A program made the translations under genes and the position numbers. Source: Bacillota bacterium (GTDB lineage: Bacteria > Bacillota > Sulfobacillia > Sulfobacillales > JAIMBI01). From it: a stretch of 62,508 nucleotides of DNA. The stretch covers positions 1 through 62,508 of the forward strand of contig JAJYPH010000002.1 in assembly GCA_021795575.1 (NCBI GenBank). Reading direction: 5' to 3'. Positions within the stretch are counted from its first letter, which is position 1, and every line of letters begins with the position of its first letter. The notes under the pieces were generated by a model. The model was not told the DNA's origin and searched no databases. It was given only the letters and a program-made list of their open reading frames with translations. Positions 51,221-60,334 of this stretch are shown piece by piece.

Positions 51221-52111
51221 GTGCCCGTCGCCTTGCAGCACCTGACGGTCTGGCAGTGGCTTGAGCCACCCGTGCTGGGTGTCACGATGGCTTTGGTTAG
51301 TCTGTTCGCGCTGACGGTGCATGGCCCCTGGGCTCGGCGATTCCCGGATGCCGACGGCATCAGTCGTCGGCAGTTTTTCCTGTTCGTCCTGGGTCTGGGG
51401 GTCCTGTACCTGGCGTTCGGGGGCCCGCTGGACATCTTGGGGGACGGGTATCTCTTCAGTGCGCACATGACGCAGCACCTGCTGGAGGCGTTTGTCGCGG
51501 CGCCGCTACTGCTGCTCGGCACTCCCGCCTGGCTGGTGCGTCCGGTGTATCAATGGCCGGTGGGCGGCGCGGTCCTGCGGGTCGTGACGCGCCCGCTGGC
51601 TGGCATGGCGCTTTTCATGGTGGTCATGGGGCTAACGATTTGGCCCCCCTTCTATACGTTGATGGAAGTGAATCCATGGGTGCACTTCGCCTACCACGCG
51701 GCATTGCTCATGGCGGCGCTGGCCAGCTGGTGGCCCCTGTTGAGCCCGCTCCCCGAGCTGCCGCGGCAGCACCCCGGCATGCAGATGCTGTACATCACGC
51801 TGAGCGGACTGCCGATGTTGGGGCTGTTTGCCCCGCTGGCGCTGGACACGTCGCCCTACTACAGCTACTACGCGCACACCCCGCGTCTCTTCGGCCTGAC
51901 GCAGGTGGCGGATCAGCAATTGGGCGCCGTCATCATGCTGGCGGGCGCCCATATCCCGGCCACCATGGCGTTTCTCGGGGCGTTTGCCCAGTGGGTGCGG
52001 CGAGAAAAGGTGGGCGTGATTGACCCGCCCCCCGAGCGGCCTCGTCCCGGGTATGCGACCGGTGTGGTGCCCGCGTCCGACCGGCCCGCATCGGACGCGG
52101 CCGCGGGCTGA
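51221..52111 (+). CDS. ctaG: Cytochrome c oxidase assembly factor CtaG (Bacillus caa3 type)
   Basis: Polytopic membrane protein with SAHMTQHLLE... and QQLGAVIMLAGAHIP patterns. GTG start after GGGAGGAGGGG. Confidence 0.75.
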   Translation: MPVALQHLTVWQWLEPPVLGVTMALVSLFALTVHGPWARRFPDADGISRRQFFLFVLGLGVLYLAFGGPLDILGDGYLFSAHMTQHLLEAFVAAPLLLLGTPAWLVRPVYQWPVGGAVLRVVTRPLAGMALFMVVMGLTIWPPFYTLMEVNPWVHFAYHAALLMAALASWWPLLSPLPELPRQHPGMQMLYITLSGLPMLGLFAPLALDTSPYYSYYAHTPRLFGLTQVADQQLGAVIMLAGAHIPATMAFLGAFAQWVRREKVGVIDPPPERPRPGYATGVVPASDRPASDAAAG

Positions 52112-52176
52112 GGTGAGGCCGGTACGCTGGCCTCGCCTCCCCATGGCGGGAATGCGGCGGAGCGGCAGGGCGCGGC

Positions 52177-52749
52177 CTATGTGTCGATGAACGACGCGCG
52201 GCTCCACCAGGTACTGTCGGGGTAACGAGCCTTCAGGGTCTGCCAACGGCTGATAAACTGGTCGCGCTGCCCCTGTCGCAGCGCGGCGACGCCTGCCCAG
52301 TACAGCGCCTCCGGTGCGGCGTGCGGGTGTCCCCCCTCCCCCACCGCATCAAAGGCCGCCAACGCGTTGGCAAAGTCGGCATGCAGCAGGTGCGCCTGCC
52401 CCTCAGCCAGCCGGATCACCGCGACAAAGTGCCGGGGCTCGAGGTAGCCAATCTCCCGTCGTACTTCGATGCCGTGGTGGTCCAGCCACACCATGGTCGG
52501 CGTCCACACCTGGCGAAGTTCCCGCATCAGCTGCCGGGTGGACGGATCCGGCTCCGCGGTGTTGACTTGGACGGCCACCGTCCGCTCGTTCAGGACCTCG
52601 GCCACGTCCGGGTTTGGATACGTCACGGCATCCATCTGGGCGCAGCCCCCTCACCCCGGGGTCTTGACGAAGTCCACCAACAACAGCTTCCGCCGCTCCG
52701 CCGCCAGGTTCACCGCGCCCGTATAGGACGGTTGCCATATAATGGCCAT
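52177..52749 (-). CDS. Thioredoxin-fold (Thioredoxin_7-like) protein with in-frame TGA at the first Cys position of CxxC: candidate selenoprotein, or a pseudogene
   Basis: The ATG at 52749 is preceded by AAAGGAGGG. It reads MAIIWQPSYTGAVNLAAERRKLLLVDFVKTPG-TGA-GGCAQMDAVTYPNPDVAEVLN... in one frame. The ORF track only reports the part downstream of the TGA (52177..52635). Confidence 0.6.
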
Positions 52750-52806
52750 TAGGCCGTTCCCTCCTTTAACTAGGTGAAACCCCACCGGTCCAGGGTCCCG
52801 CATTGA

Positions 52807-52821
52807 GTATACCTAGTATAC
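52807..52821. promoter_or_regulatory. Near-perfect palindrome GTATAC-CTA-GTATAC in the divergent intergenic region
   Basis: 6-bp arms with a 3-nt spacer, in the AT-richest patch between the thioredoxin-fold gene and the XRE/MmyB-like regulator. It also carries TATAC(T/C) -10-like hexamers on both strands. Confidence 0.5.
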
Positions 52822-52956
52822 CGTAAGCCGGTCGGTTCATCGAGGCCCGTTGGATGCACTCCATCCTAAGGCAACCTCAGGGCCGTGCAGGCACCCCGTC
52901 CCAGATCGTACAATAAGGCGCCAGTCAGGCTGCAGTTTGGTGGAGGGGGCGCTAGG

Positions 52957-53760
52957 GTGCAGATCGGTGAGCGGATTCGGACGTGGCGCAACGCCCACGA
53001 TTTGTCCCAGGCGCACCTCGCCAACCGCGTGGGCCTGTCTCAGCGACAAATTTCTCGCATCGAGCGCGATGACTTGGCCACCCTGCGACGGGACACGCTG
53101 GTCCGCATCGCGGAGGCCCTCGAGACGCCGGTAGCGTCGGGCGAGGTTAATGTGTGGCTGGCGCACTGCGGCTACGCGCCGCTGGTGCGGCCCGGCCTGC
53201 CCCTACCGCCTCCGCTGCGGTCGATGCCCTGTGACCCCGCCGCCCGTTTCGTCTTTGATCCCAGCGGCGCGCTATTGTCCACCAATCCGGTGGGCCAACA
53301 CCTGGTCGGACAGTTCCTGGACCGATGGGAGCAGTTCAACCTGCTGGACTTCACGCTGGCCGGGACCGTCGGCCTGTCCGCGGGCGACCGGGACCGACTG
53401 TGGTACTGGACGGTGCTGGGCGCGCTGTCAGCACCACCCGAACTTTGGGCGCTCGCGGTGCGGGCCCAGATTGAGCGCGCGTGGCAACAGCCGCTGGAGG
53501 CGGTGTGGCTGGCCCTGCAACAGGCAGTGGGCAGCCCCGGGTACTGGGAGGCGCCTCTGACGGTGCACGTCGGCCGCACGGCGCTCTACTTCATGCCCAC
53601 CACCCAAGCGTACCCGCTGCGCCCCGATTTGCAGCTGTTGTACCTCACGGCGGCCGATGCGTCCACCCTGGCCTGGTGCGAAGAGCGTGCGGCCTCCGGC
53701 GCCGAACGTCGACGGCACGGACGGCCCGTCGCCGCCGGCCATCTGCCCCCAGATCGCTAA
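52957..53760 (+). CDS. XRE-family HTH regulator with MmyB-like C-terminal domain
   Basis: The GTG at 52957 follows GGAGGGGG. HTH IRTWRNAHDLSQAHLANRVGLSQRQISRIERD, with a C-terminal roughly 170-aa ligand-binding-like domain. Confidence 0.65.
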   Translation: MQIGERIRTWRNAHDLSQAHLANRVGLSQRQISRIERDDLATLRRDTLVRIAEALETPVASGEVNVWLAHCGYAPLVRPGLPLPPPLRSMPCDPAARFVFDPSGALLSTNPVGQHLVGQFLDRWEQFNLLDFTLAGTVGLSAGDRDRLWYWTVLGALSAPPELWALAVRAQIERAWQQPLEAVWLALQQAVGSPGYWEAPLTVHVGRTALYFMPTTQAYPLRPDLQLLYLTAADASTLAWCEERAASGAERRRHGRPVAAGHLPPDR

Positions 53761-53907
53761 AAGCGGTACAATCGATTGGGGCGGATCATTAAGAGCGCAG
53801 CATGAGGGCGCAGGCTTCCGCGTGCCGTGATCCCCTCGAAGGGCCACGCGCACAACCATCCTCCGTCGGGTCGGGGGATGAGCAACCAGGGGATGGAGTG
53901 GTTCGCG

Positions 53908-55596
53908 ATGATTTACAAACACGACGTCCTAGTCGTGGGCGCGGGGCTGGCCGGCATGCGCGCCGCCATCGAAGCGCACAACCAGGGCGTGGACGTGGCC
54001 ATTGTATCGAAAGTATATCCCGTCCGGAGTCATTCCAACGCCGCCCAGGGCGGCATCAATGCGGCGTTGGGCGAAGGCGACACCTGGGAGTCGCATGGCT
54101 ACGACACGGTCAAGGGCAGCGACTACCTGGGCGACCAGGATGCCATTGAGATTCTGGCCCGCGAGGCCCCCGCGGCCGTGCTGGAGCTGGAGCACTGGGG
54201 CGTCAACTTCAGCCGCGACGAGACCGGCCACCTGGGCACCCGCAATTTTGGCGGCGCCTCCCAGGCACGCACTTTTTTTGTGGCCGACATTACGGGCCAG
54301 GCCCTGCTGCAGGTCATGTTTGAACAGCTGGTGCGCGTGGGCGTGCGCATGTACAACGAATGGTTTGTCACCCGCCTGATTGAGTCCGAGGGGGTCGTCC
54401 GCGGCATTGTGGGCATGGACATCCGTTCGGGCCAGCTGCACGCCATCCAGGCCAACGCGGTGGTGCTGGCCACAGGCGGGATGGGCCGGGTGTTTGAGCC
54501 GTCCACCAACGCGCTCATCAACACGGGAGACGGCATGGCCATCGCCTATCAGGCGGGCGCCCGCCTGATGGACATGGAGATGATGCAGTACCACCCTACC
54601 ACCCTGAAGGGGTCGGGGGCGCTGCTGACCGAAGGGGCACGCGGCGAGGGCGCGTACCTGCTGAACTCCGAAGGCGACCGCTTCATGAAGAAGTACGCCC
54701 CCAACAAGCTGGAGCTGGCCAGCCGCGACGTGGTGTCGCGTGCCGAACAGACCGAGATCAACGAGGGCCGCGGCATTGACAACTGCGTGCTGCTGGACTG
54801 CCGGCACCTGGGTCGGGATCTCATCATGCGCAAGCTGGGGCAGATTCACGAGCTGGCGCTGGAGCTGGCGGGCGTCGACATCGTGCAGGACCCCGTGCCC
54901 GTCCGACCCGGGTTTCACTATCCGATGGGCGGCATCAAGACCGACGTGGACGGCAAGACCACGCTGGACGGCCTGTACGCCGCCGGCGAATGCGCCTGCG
55001 TCAGCATTCACGGTGGGAATCGGCTAGGCGCCAACTCCCTCTTGGACACGGTGATTTTTGGCCGGCGCGCGGGCGCGGCCGCCTCGGAGCACAGTCGTGC
55101 CCTCCCCTCCCCCGCTGACAGCTTCCCCCTCGGCGAGGCCGCCCTCCAGCAGGAAACGGACCGCATTCGGGCGCTCCTGGACCGCCCGTACGTGGGAGAG
55201 CTGGCGGCCAAAGTACGTTGGGACATGGGCGTCAACATGGTCAAGCACTGTGGCGTGTTCCGGGAGGCGGGCGGGCTCACCGAGATGGGAGACGTGCTGC
55301 ACAGCCTCCAGGATCGCGCCACCCGGGTGCACGTGGGCGACAAGGGACGGGTGTTCAACACGAATCTGACGTCGGTGCTCGAGCTGCAGTTCATGCTGGA
55401 CCTGGCCGTAGCGGTCCAGGTGACAGCGCTGACCCGCACCGAAAGTCGGGGCGCACACACACGCACCGACTACCCCGATCGCGACGACGAGCACTGGCTG
55501 AAGCACATTCAGCTGCAGTACCGCCCGGAGGGTCCCGAGATTCATTTCACCCCGGTCACCATGACGCGCTGGGAGCCGCAGGTTCGGTCCTACTAA
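53908..55596 (+). CDS. sdhA: Succinate dehydrogenase/fumarate reductase flavoprotein subunit
   Basis: [15 protein letters not shown] and [13 protein letters not shown] (the FAD-His context), plus HPT...GARGEG and RLGANSL motifs. Confidence 0.95.
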   Translation: MIYKHDVLVVGAGLAGMRAAIEAHNQGVDVAIVSKVYPVRSHSNAAQGGINAALGEGDTWESHGYDTVKGSDYLGDQDAIEILAREAPAAVLELEHWGVNFSRDETGHLGTRNFGGASQARTFFVADITGQALLQVMFEQLVRVGVRMYNEWFVTRLIESEGVVRGIVGMDIRSGQLHAIQANAVVLATGGMGRVFEPSTNALINTGDGMAIAYQAGARLMDMEMMQYHPTTLKGSGALLTEGARGEGAYLLNSEGDRFMKKYAPNKLELASRDVVSRAEQTEINEGRGIDNCVLLDCRHLGRDLIMRKLGQIHELALELAGVDIVQDPVPVRPGFHYPMGGIKTDVDGKTTLDGLYAAGECACVSIHGGNRLGANSLLDTVIFGRRAGAAASEHSRALPSPADSFPLGEAALQQETDRIRALLDRPYVGELAAKVRWDMGVNMVKHCGVFREAGGLTEMGDVLHSLQDRATRVHVGDKGRVFNTNLTSVLELQFMLDLAVAVQVTALTRTESRGAHTRTDYPDRDDEHWLKHIQLQYRPEGPEIHFTPVTMTRWEPQVRSY

Positions 55597-55634
55597 CTCC
55601 GAAGTCCGACCAAGAAGGAGGCGCGGATTCCCCG

Positions 55635-56621
55635 ATGGACGTTCAACTGAAAGTACGGCGCCAGAATCCGGAAGCCGAGGGCGAACCGTATTGGAAAGAG
55701 TACGCGCTGGCGGTGCCGGACCATTTCACGCTCCTGGATGCGCTCATTCAGGTCCGCGAAGAAGTGGACGAAACCTTGTCGCTCCGATGCTCTTGCCGCA
55801 GCCACATCTGTGGGTCGTGCAGCATGCGGGTCAACGGCCACGCCAACCTAGCGTGCAAAACCAAGCTGTCGGACCTCCACACGGACACCGTGACCGTGGA
55901 GCCCATGGGCAACATGCCGGTGATTAAAGACCTGGTGGTGGACCTGGAGCCGTTTTGGAAGAAGCTGTACAGCATCGATCCGTATCTGCAGCCGGCGGGT
56001 GAGGTACCCGACCGCGAGTACGTCGTCCCCGCGGACAGCATGCTGCACTTGGACGGCGTGGTGAACTGCATCATGTGCGGGGCCTGCGTCTCAGATTGTG
56101 AGTCGCTCTCGGTAAACCCGATTTTCATCGGGCCGACCGCGTTCGCCAAAGAGTACCGGTTTGTGATGGACCCCCGCGACGCCGCCGACACCCAGCGCCT
56201 CATGCAGATGAACGGCCCCGGCGGCGTCTGGGACTGCACGCATTGCTACCAGTGCGTTGAGGTGTGTCCGAAGGATGTGGCGCCGATGGAACGCATCATG
56301 GCGATGCGCAAGATGCTGGTTGACGACGGCGTGGCCGAAAAGCACAACGGGGCACGCCGCCAGAAGGCATTCACCGACATCGTCGGCCGCTATGGCCGCC
56401 TCGACGAGACCCGCTATCTGATGAAGAGCGTCACGATGCTGGAGCTGGCAGGCTACGCCAAAGTGGGTCTCCGGTCCATGACGCATGGGAAACTGCCCCC
56501 CCTGCTCCCCCATCGCATACCGGATGCCGCGCGCATCCGCCGCATCTTTGAGCGCACCCGGTCCACCCACCGGCGCCGCTTCAAGCTGCATCAACAAGCC
56601 CAGGAGGGATCGCGGGTATGA
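55635..56621 (+). CDS. sdhB: Succinate dehydrogenase/fumarate reductase iron-sulfur subunit with C-terminal extension
   Basis: Cys clusters CRSHICGSCSMRVNG, CIMCGACVSDC and CTHCYQCVEVCP. About 90 extra residues follow the third cluster. Confidence 0.9.
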   Translation: MDVQLKVRRQNPEAEGEPYWKEYALAVPDHFTLLDALIQVREEVDETLSLRCSCRSHICGSCSMRVNGHANLACKTKLSDLHTDTVTVEPMGNMPVIKDLVVDLEPFWKKLYSIDPYLQPAGEVPDREYVVPADSMLHLDGVVNCIMCGACVSDCESLSVNPIFIGPTAFAKEYRFVMDPRDAADTQRLMQMNGPGGVWDCTHCYQCVEVCPKDVAPMERIMAMRKMLVDDGVAEKHNGARRQKAFTDIVGRYGRLDETRYLMKSVTMLELAGYAKVGLRSMTHGKLPPLLPHRIPDAARIRRIFERTRSTHRRRFKLHQQAQEGSRV

Positions 56622-57502
56622 CGACATACGCATTCTACCCCGGTTGCGTGGCCAAGGGCGGCGCGCCGGAACTGTACCAGTCCATGGTCGCCGTGGGCGA
56701 AAAATTGGGGTTTTCCCTGAGTGAGCTTACTGGCGCCGCCTGCACCGGGGCCGGCGTGATCTCCGAACGGGACCCGCTGGCGGGCGACGTGGTCAATACG
56801 CGAACCTTTGCCATGGCGGAGCAGCTGGGCCACCCCATCATGACGATTTGCAGCACGTGCACCGGCGTGATGGCCCAGGTCGCCAGCCGGGTCAACCGGG
56901 ACGAAGCGTACCGCAGCGAGGTAAACCAGTACCTCACGGACGAGGGTCTCGAATACCAGGGCACGACCGAGGTCAAGCATTTGCTTTGGGTGCTCGTGGA
57001 GGACTATGGCTTGGACCGCCTCAAGGAGATGGTGGTGCGGCCCCTCACGGGCGTGCGCCTGGCGCCCTTCTACGGCTGCTACATCGTGCGCCCCTCCTCG
57101 GCCGTGGATCCGCTCACGGCGGGCCGCGAGGGCTACCTGGAGCAGGTCATCGCGACCTTGGGGGCGGACCCGGTCGAAGAATACCGGGGCAAGGACAAGT
57201 GCTGCGGGTTCCCGCTGCTGGAAACCAACAAGAAAAGCTCTCTGGCGTTGACCGGCAAGCGGCTGGATGAGGCGCGCGACGTGTCGGCCGACGCGCTGGT
57301 GACGCCGTGCCCGCTGTGCCACCTGAACCTTGACGGCCAGCAGCCCGACACGCCGAGTGCCACCAGCACCGCCCCCATGCCGATCCTGCATCTCCCGCAG
57401 GCCATTGGGCTGGCCATCGGGATTGCTCCCGAGCGGCTGGGCCTCGGGCGCCACATCATTGACACCAAAGGCTTCATGGGGAAGCTGGCCGTGGCGGGCT
57501 AG
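56618..57502 (+). CDS. CCG-domain (HdrB/SdhE-like) subunit
   Basis: Two CCG-type domains (FYPGC...ACTG...CSTC and FYGC...CCG...CPLCHLN). 4-nt overlap with sdhB. Confidence 0.85.
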   Translation: MTTYAFYPGCVAKGGAPELYQSMVAVGEKLGFSLSELTGAACTGAGVISERDPLAGDVVNTRTFAMAEQLGHPIMTICSTCTGVMAQVASRVNRDEAYRSEVNQYLTDEGLEYQGTTEVKHLLWVLVEDYGLDRLKEMVVRPLTGVRLAPFYGCYIVRPSSAVDPLTAGREGYLEQVIATLGADPVEEYRGKDKCCGFPLLETNKKSSLALTGKRLDEARDVSADALVTPCPLCHLNLDGQQPDTPSATSTAPMPILHLPQAIGLAIGIAPERLGLGRHIIDTKGFMGKLAVAG

Positions 57503-57524
57503 CCTTGCTCTGCCCTCGTCCCTC

Positions 57525-57572
57525 GCGCCACGACCAACGGACGGGATTGGTCGTGGCGCTTCGTCTGCGTTC
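57525..57572 (+). terminator. Terminator of the sdh operon
   Basis: 12-bp perfect stem GCGCCACGACCA-N11-TGGTCGTGGCGC followed by TTCGTCTGCGTTCT. Confidence 0.65.
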
Positions 57573-57610
57573 TATACTGCCTCGATTCAGCTCGCCTTCG
57601 GGGCCTGGGT

Positions 57611-57619
57611 TGCTATACT
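57611..57619 (+). promoter_or_regulatory. Extended -10 element TGCTATACT upstream of the antitoxin gene
   Basis: Lies 20 nt before the ATG at 57639. A second TATACT is at 57573-57578. Confidence 0.45.
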
Positions 57620-57638
57620 TATCGTACGAGGTGATGCC

Positions 57639-57896
57639 ATGGGGCAGTTGACCATCCGTAGCGTACCCGACGATGTCGTGCACGCCCTCCGGGCCGAGGC
57701 GGGCCGCCGCCGTACCAGCCTCAACGCCGTCGTGCGTCAGGCCCTCGCCGACCATGTGGCACGACAGCGTCGCCTGATAGACCTCCAGGCCTGGTTGCCC
57801 CAGTTGGACGCCGTGCGCCACGACATTCTGGTCAGCCATGCTATGGAGGCCACCACAGACAGCACGTCTCTGATCCGGGAGGACCGATCCCGGTGA
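57639..57896 (+). CDS. FitA/VapB-like ribbon-helix-helix antitoxin
   Basis: MGQLTIRSVPDDVVHALRAEAGRRRTSLNAVVRQAL follows the RHH pattern LxIRxLPxxVxxxLRxxAxxxGRSxxAExR. Confidence 0.75.
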   Translation: MGQLTIRSVPDDVVHALRAEAGRRRTSLNAVVRQALADHVARQRRLIDLQAWLPQLDAVRHDILVSHAMEATTDSTSLIREDRSR

Positions 57897-57924
57897 GTGC
57901 GTGAGGCACGACGGCGTGCCAGCC

Positions 57925-58358
57925 ATGGTACTGGATGCATCTGCGGGGTGAAGTGGGCCCTGCCCGAGCTGCGGTCGGGCGCCGCCCGTGAATTGGCGGC
58001 CGCGTACGCGTCGGGCCGCGTCGATCTGTGGGCTCCTGACCTTTACGTGGCAGAGGTCACGAACACCGTGTGGAAAAAGTGCTACCTTCTCCACGAGCTG
58101 ACGCCGGAGGAGGCCTCCCGGGCGCTGGGCGCCTTGCTGGCCACCCTGCCCGAGCTGGCACCGTCATCGTCGTTGGCGGCTCAGGCCCTCCAGCTGGGAC
58201 TCAAGCTCGGGATCTCCACGTATGACGCCTTGTATGCAGCGCTGGCGTTGCAGGTGGGCTGCCCCTTGGTTACCGAGGACCAGCGACTGCTGGAGCGCGC
58301 CGCGCCGGTCCTGGGCCGCGTGTTTCCGCTGTCCGAGGCCGTAGCACGGATCGGGTAA
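57925..58358 (+). pseudogene. PIN-domain (VapC-like) toxin, frameshifted after codon 8
   Basis: ATG 57925 encodes MVLDASAG and then TGA. The remaining PIN body (VKWALPEL...AEVTN...STYDALY...VTEDQRL) is in the frame entered by adding one G to GGGG at 57945-57948. Confidence 0.7.
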
Positions 58359-58364
58359 GTCGCC

Positions 58365-58676
58365 TTACCGCTTGGCTGGAACAGGCGCTTCCTCGCGAAC
58401 CAAAGACGTGCCCACGGCGACGGCCAACAGGACAAATCCCGACGCACCCCAATACCAGATCATCCCGGCGACAGTTTCGTAGTGCGCCAAGAGAGCCGCT
58501 CCGGCCACATACGCGAGGAGTTGCCAGCGCGGCCATCGCCGCCCGTGGCGCCAGCCCCAGTACAACCACAGCCCCCCTGCCAGGACCACCGCGCCATCGT
58601 GGAGCCAGTACGGCTCCTGGTACAAGAGCGTATGCAAGGCCTGCAGCATCGCGATCCCCCCCGTTGCGTCCGCCAT
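58365..58676 (-). CDS. Small membrane protein, hypothetical
   Basis: Starts MADATGGIAMLQALHTLLYQEPYWLHDGAVVLAGGLWLYWGW.... It has three hydrophobic segments. The upstream part of the ORF overlaps hesB on the opposite strand. Confidence 0.45.
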   Translation of the reverse strand: MADATGGIAMLQALHTLLYQEPYWLHDGAVVLAGGLWLYWGWRHGRRWPRWQLLAYVAGAALLAHYETVAGMIWYWGASGFVLLAVAVGTSLVREEAPVPAKR

Positions 58677-58776
58677 CTCTCGTGGTATCATAGCACCGAA
58701 GTGCATGAAGCTTTTGGACGGGCCCGCCCCACGTGCGGTGAGGCGGCCTGGACAGGCTCCGAAGGGAGGCGAGACC

Positions 58777-59085
58777 ATGTCCATCGCACTGACCGTCACG
58801 CCGGCCGCGGAGCGCGCCTTTGGCGATTTGGCGGAAGACCGCGGAGCCACTCTGGTTCGGGTATGGGCGGGCCAAGCCTGTGGATGCGGCCGGATTGGGT
58901 ACAAGATGGCCCTCGAGGAAGAGGCCAACACCGAGGACGCCGTCATTCCGGCGGGTGTCATCAAGCTGGTGGTGAGCCCGGATTCGGCTCCTCATCTGGA
59001 GGGGGGCATCATCGACTACAGCGAGGATCCCATGTACGCGGGATTTACCATCAACAATCCCAACGCGCAGTCGGGTTGTGGCTGA
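58777..59085 (+). CDS. HesB/IscA-family iron-sulfur cluster insertion protein
   Basis: The ATG follows GAAGGGAGG. Reads LTVTPAAERAFGDL...VRVWAGQACGCG...IDYSEDPMYAGFTINNPNA..GCG. Confidence 0.75.
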   Translation: MSIALTVTPAAERAFGDLAEDRGATLVRVWAGQACGCGRIGYKMALEEEANTEDAVIPAGVIKLVVSPDSAPHLEGGIIDYSEDPMYAGFTINNPNAQSGCG

Positions 59086-59120
59086 GGGCACTGACCCACC
59101 GGTCGGTCGACCGGTCTTGT

Positions 59121-59150
59121 GGCGGCGGTTCGGAAGAGCCGCCGCTTTTG
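59121..59150. terminator. Rho-independent terminator between convergent genes
   Basis: GGCGGCGG-N10-CCGCCGC followed by TTTTGCTTG. Confidence 0.6.
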
Positions 59151-59161
59151 CTTGTCCCGGG

Positions 59162-60334
59162 CTATGGGTTCGCCCCCCGACGTGAGAGCCGGGGCCTCTG
59201 CCATTCGAGCCAACCGACCGACCCGAGGACGGTGGCCAGGATAATCGCCATCACCCAGATGGTTCGGAGGATGAGCGGGTCCAGCCGGTGGCTGGTCCAC
59301 AAGAGACCCATCCACACCAAAAAGCCGACCGCCGCCGCGACGGTGGGGAGACGCCAGTTCTGGGCCGCCCCGTAGTAGAGTCCCACCAGGATGCCCGACT
59401 GCATGGTCATGGCGGCGGTGTACCCCACCAGCAGCGGAAGCATCGGAAGAAAACGGGGACCGAGCATCAGCGAGACGGCCAAACGTCCCGCCACCACGTA
59501 CACCAGCACGCCCACGGTGCCCAAAATGCCCACCAGCAACAGCGAGCGCACCAGGTATCGGCGCGCCCGCACTGCGTCCCGCTGGGCACTGGACAGCAGC
59601 ACGGTGCCCACCGCTCCGGCGAAAAAGACCGGCGCCCGCCCCATCGTGGCGAGGCCACTATAATAGCCCGCAGCCCGCGGCGGGAGGCCGTGCTTGGCCA
59701 CCAGGACATCCGTGCTGGTGAGCAGCAGCGCCAATACCCCCACGCCGCCCGCGTTCACCAGGCCCGTGAAGTGCGGGAGGCCTTGCCGCCTGGCCCAGTG
59801 CACGGCGCGCCGCACGCCAAACCAGGACACCATCAGGTCGATGAGCGCGGTCAGGGGTCCGAACACAATCAGGCCCGTGAGGCCGAGTCGCCCCACGTAC
59901 GTGGCGAAGGCCCCCATAGTGCGCGTCAGCGAGTCCAAGGTGGTGAGCGCCCCCACCCAGCCGAAGCTGGCGGCCCACTGCAGGATGCCGTCGAAGGCGC
60001 CGTACGCCAGGGCCGGAATCACGGTGAGCCCCGCCACCACCACCAAATCCGGCGGCAGGTGAAACAGGTGCGCCACCGGCCCCGAGACGGCAAATAGAGC
60101 CAGCCAGAGCGCCACGCCCGCCCCGACCCAGCCCGCCGCGTGCCGCCCCACCTCGGAGGGTTTGGCTCCCCGCCGCGTGTACACCAGGCTGATAACCGAC
60201 ACCGGTGTCTGCAGCAGCAGCGCCAGTGTGCCCAGAGCCGACAGGGTTCCATAGTTCACGGGGCCCAGCATCCGCGCCACCACTACGTGATACAGCGCGT
60301 TCAAAACGCCGGCGGCAAGGCCGGCGCCGTTCAT
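59162..60334 (-). CDS. Polysaccharide biosynthesis/oligosaccharide flippase-like (MOP superfamily) membrane protein
   Basis: 390 aa with about 12 TM. The N-terminal AGVLNALYHVVVARMLGPVNYGTLSAL pattern is typical of Wzx-like proteins. Confidence 0.55.
   Translation of the reverse strand: MNGAGLAAGVLNALYHVVVARMLGPVNYGTLSALGTLALLLQTPVSVISLVYTRRGAKPSEVGRHAAGWVGAGVALWLALFAVSGPVAHLFHLPPDLVVVAGLTVIPALAYGAFDGILQWAASFGWVGALTTLDSLTRTMGAFATYVGRLGLTGLIVFGPLTALIDLMVSWFGVRRAVHWARRQGLPHFTGLVNAGGVGVLALLLTSTDVLVAKHGLPPRAAGYYSGLATMGRAPVFFAGAVGTVLLSSAQRDAVRARRYLVRSLLLVGILGTVGVLVYVVAGRLAVSLMLGPRFLPMLPLLVGYTAAMTMQSGILVGLYYGAAQNWRLPTVAAAVGFLVWMGLLWTSHRLDPLILRTIWVMAIILATVLGSVGWLEWQRPRLSRRGANP

Noticed and set aside
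52615-52634. UGGAU-N10-AUCCA hairpin as a definitive SECIS element.
   Set aside because: The position and the G-starting loop fit, but a 5-bp stem is too weak to call by eye. It is kept only as supporting context for the selenoprotein hypothesis.
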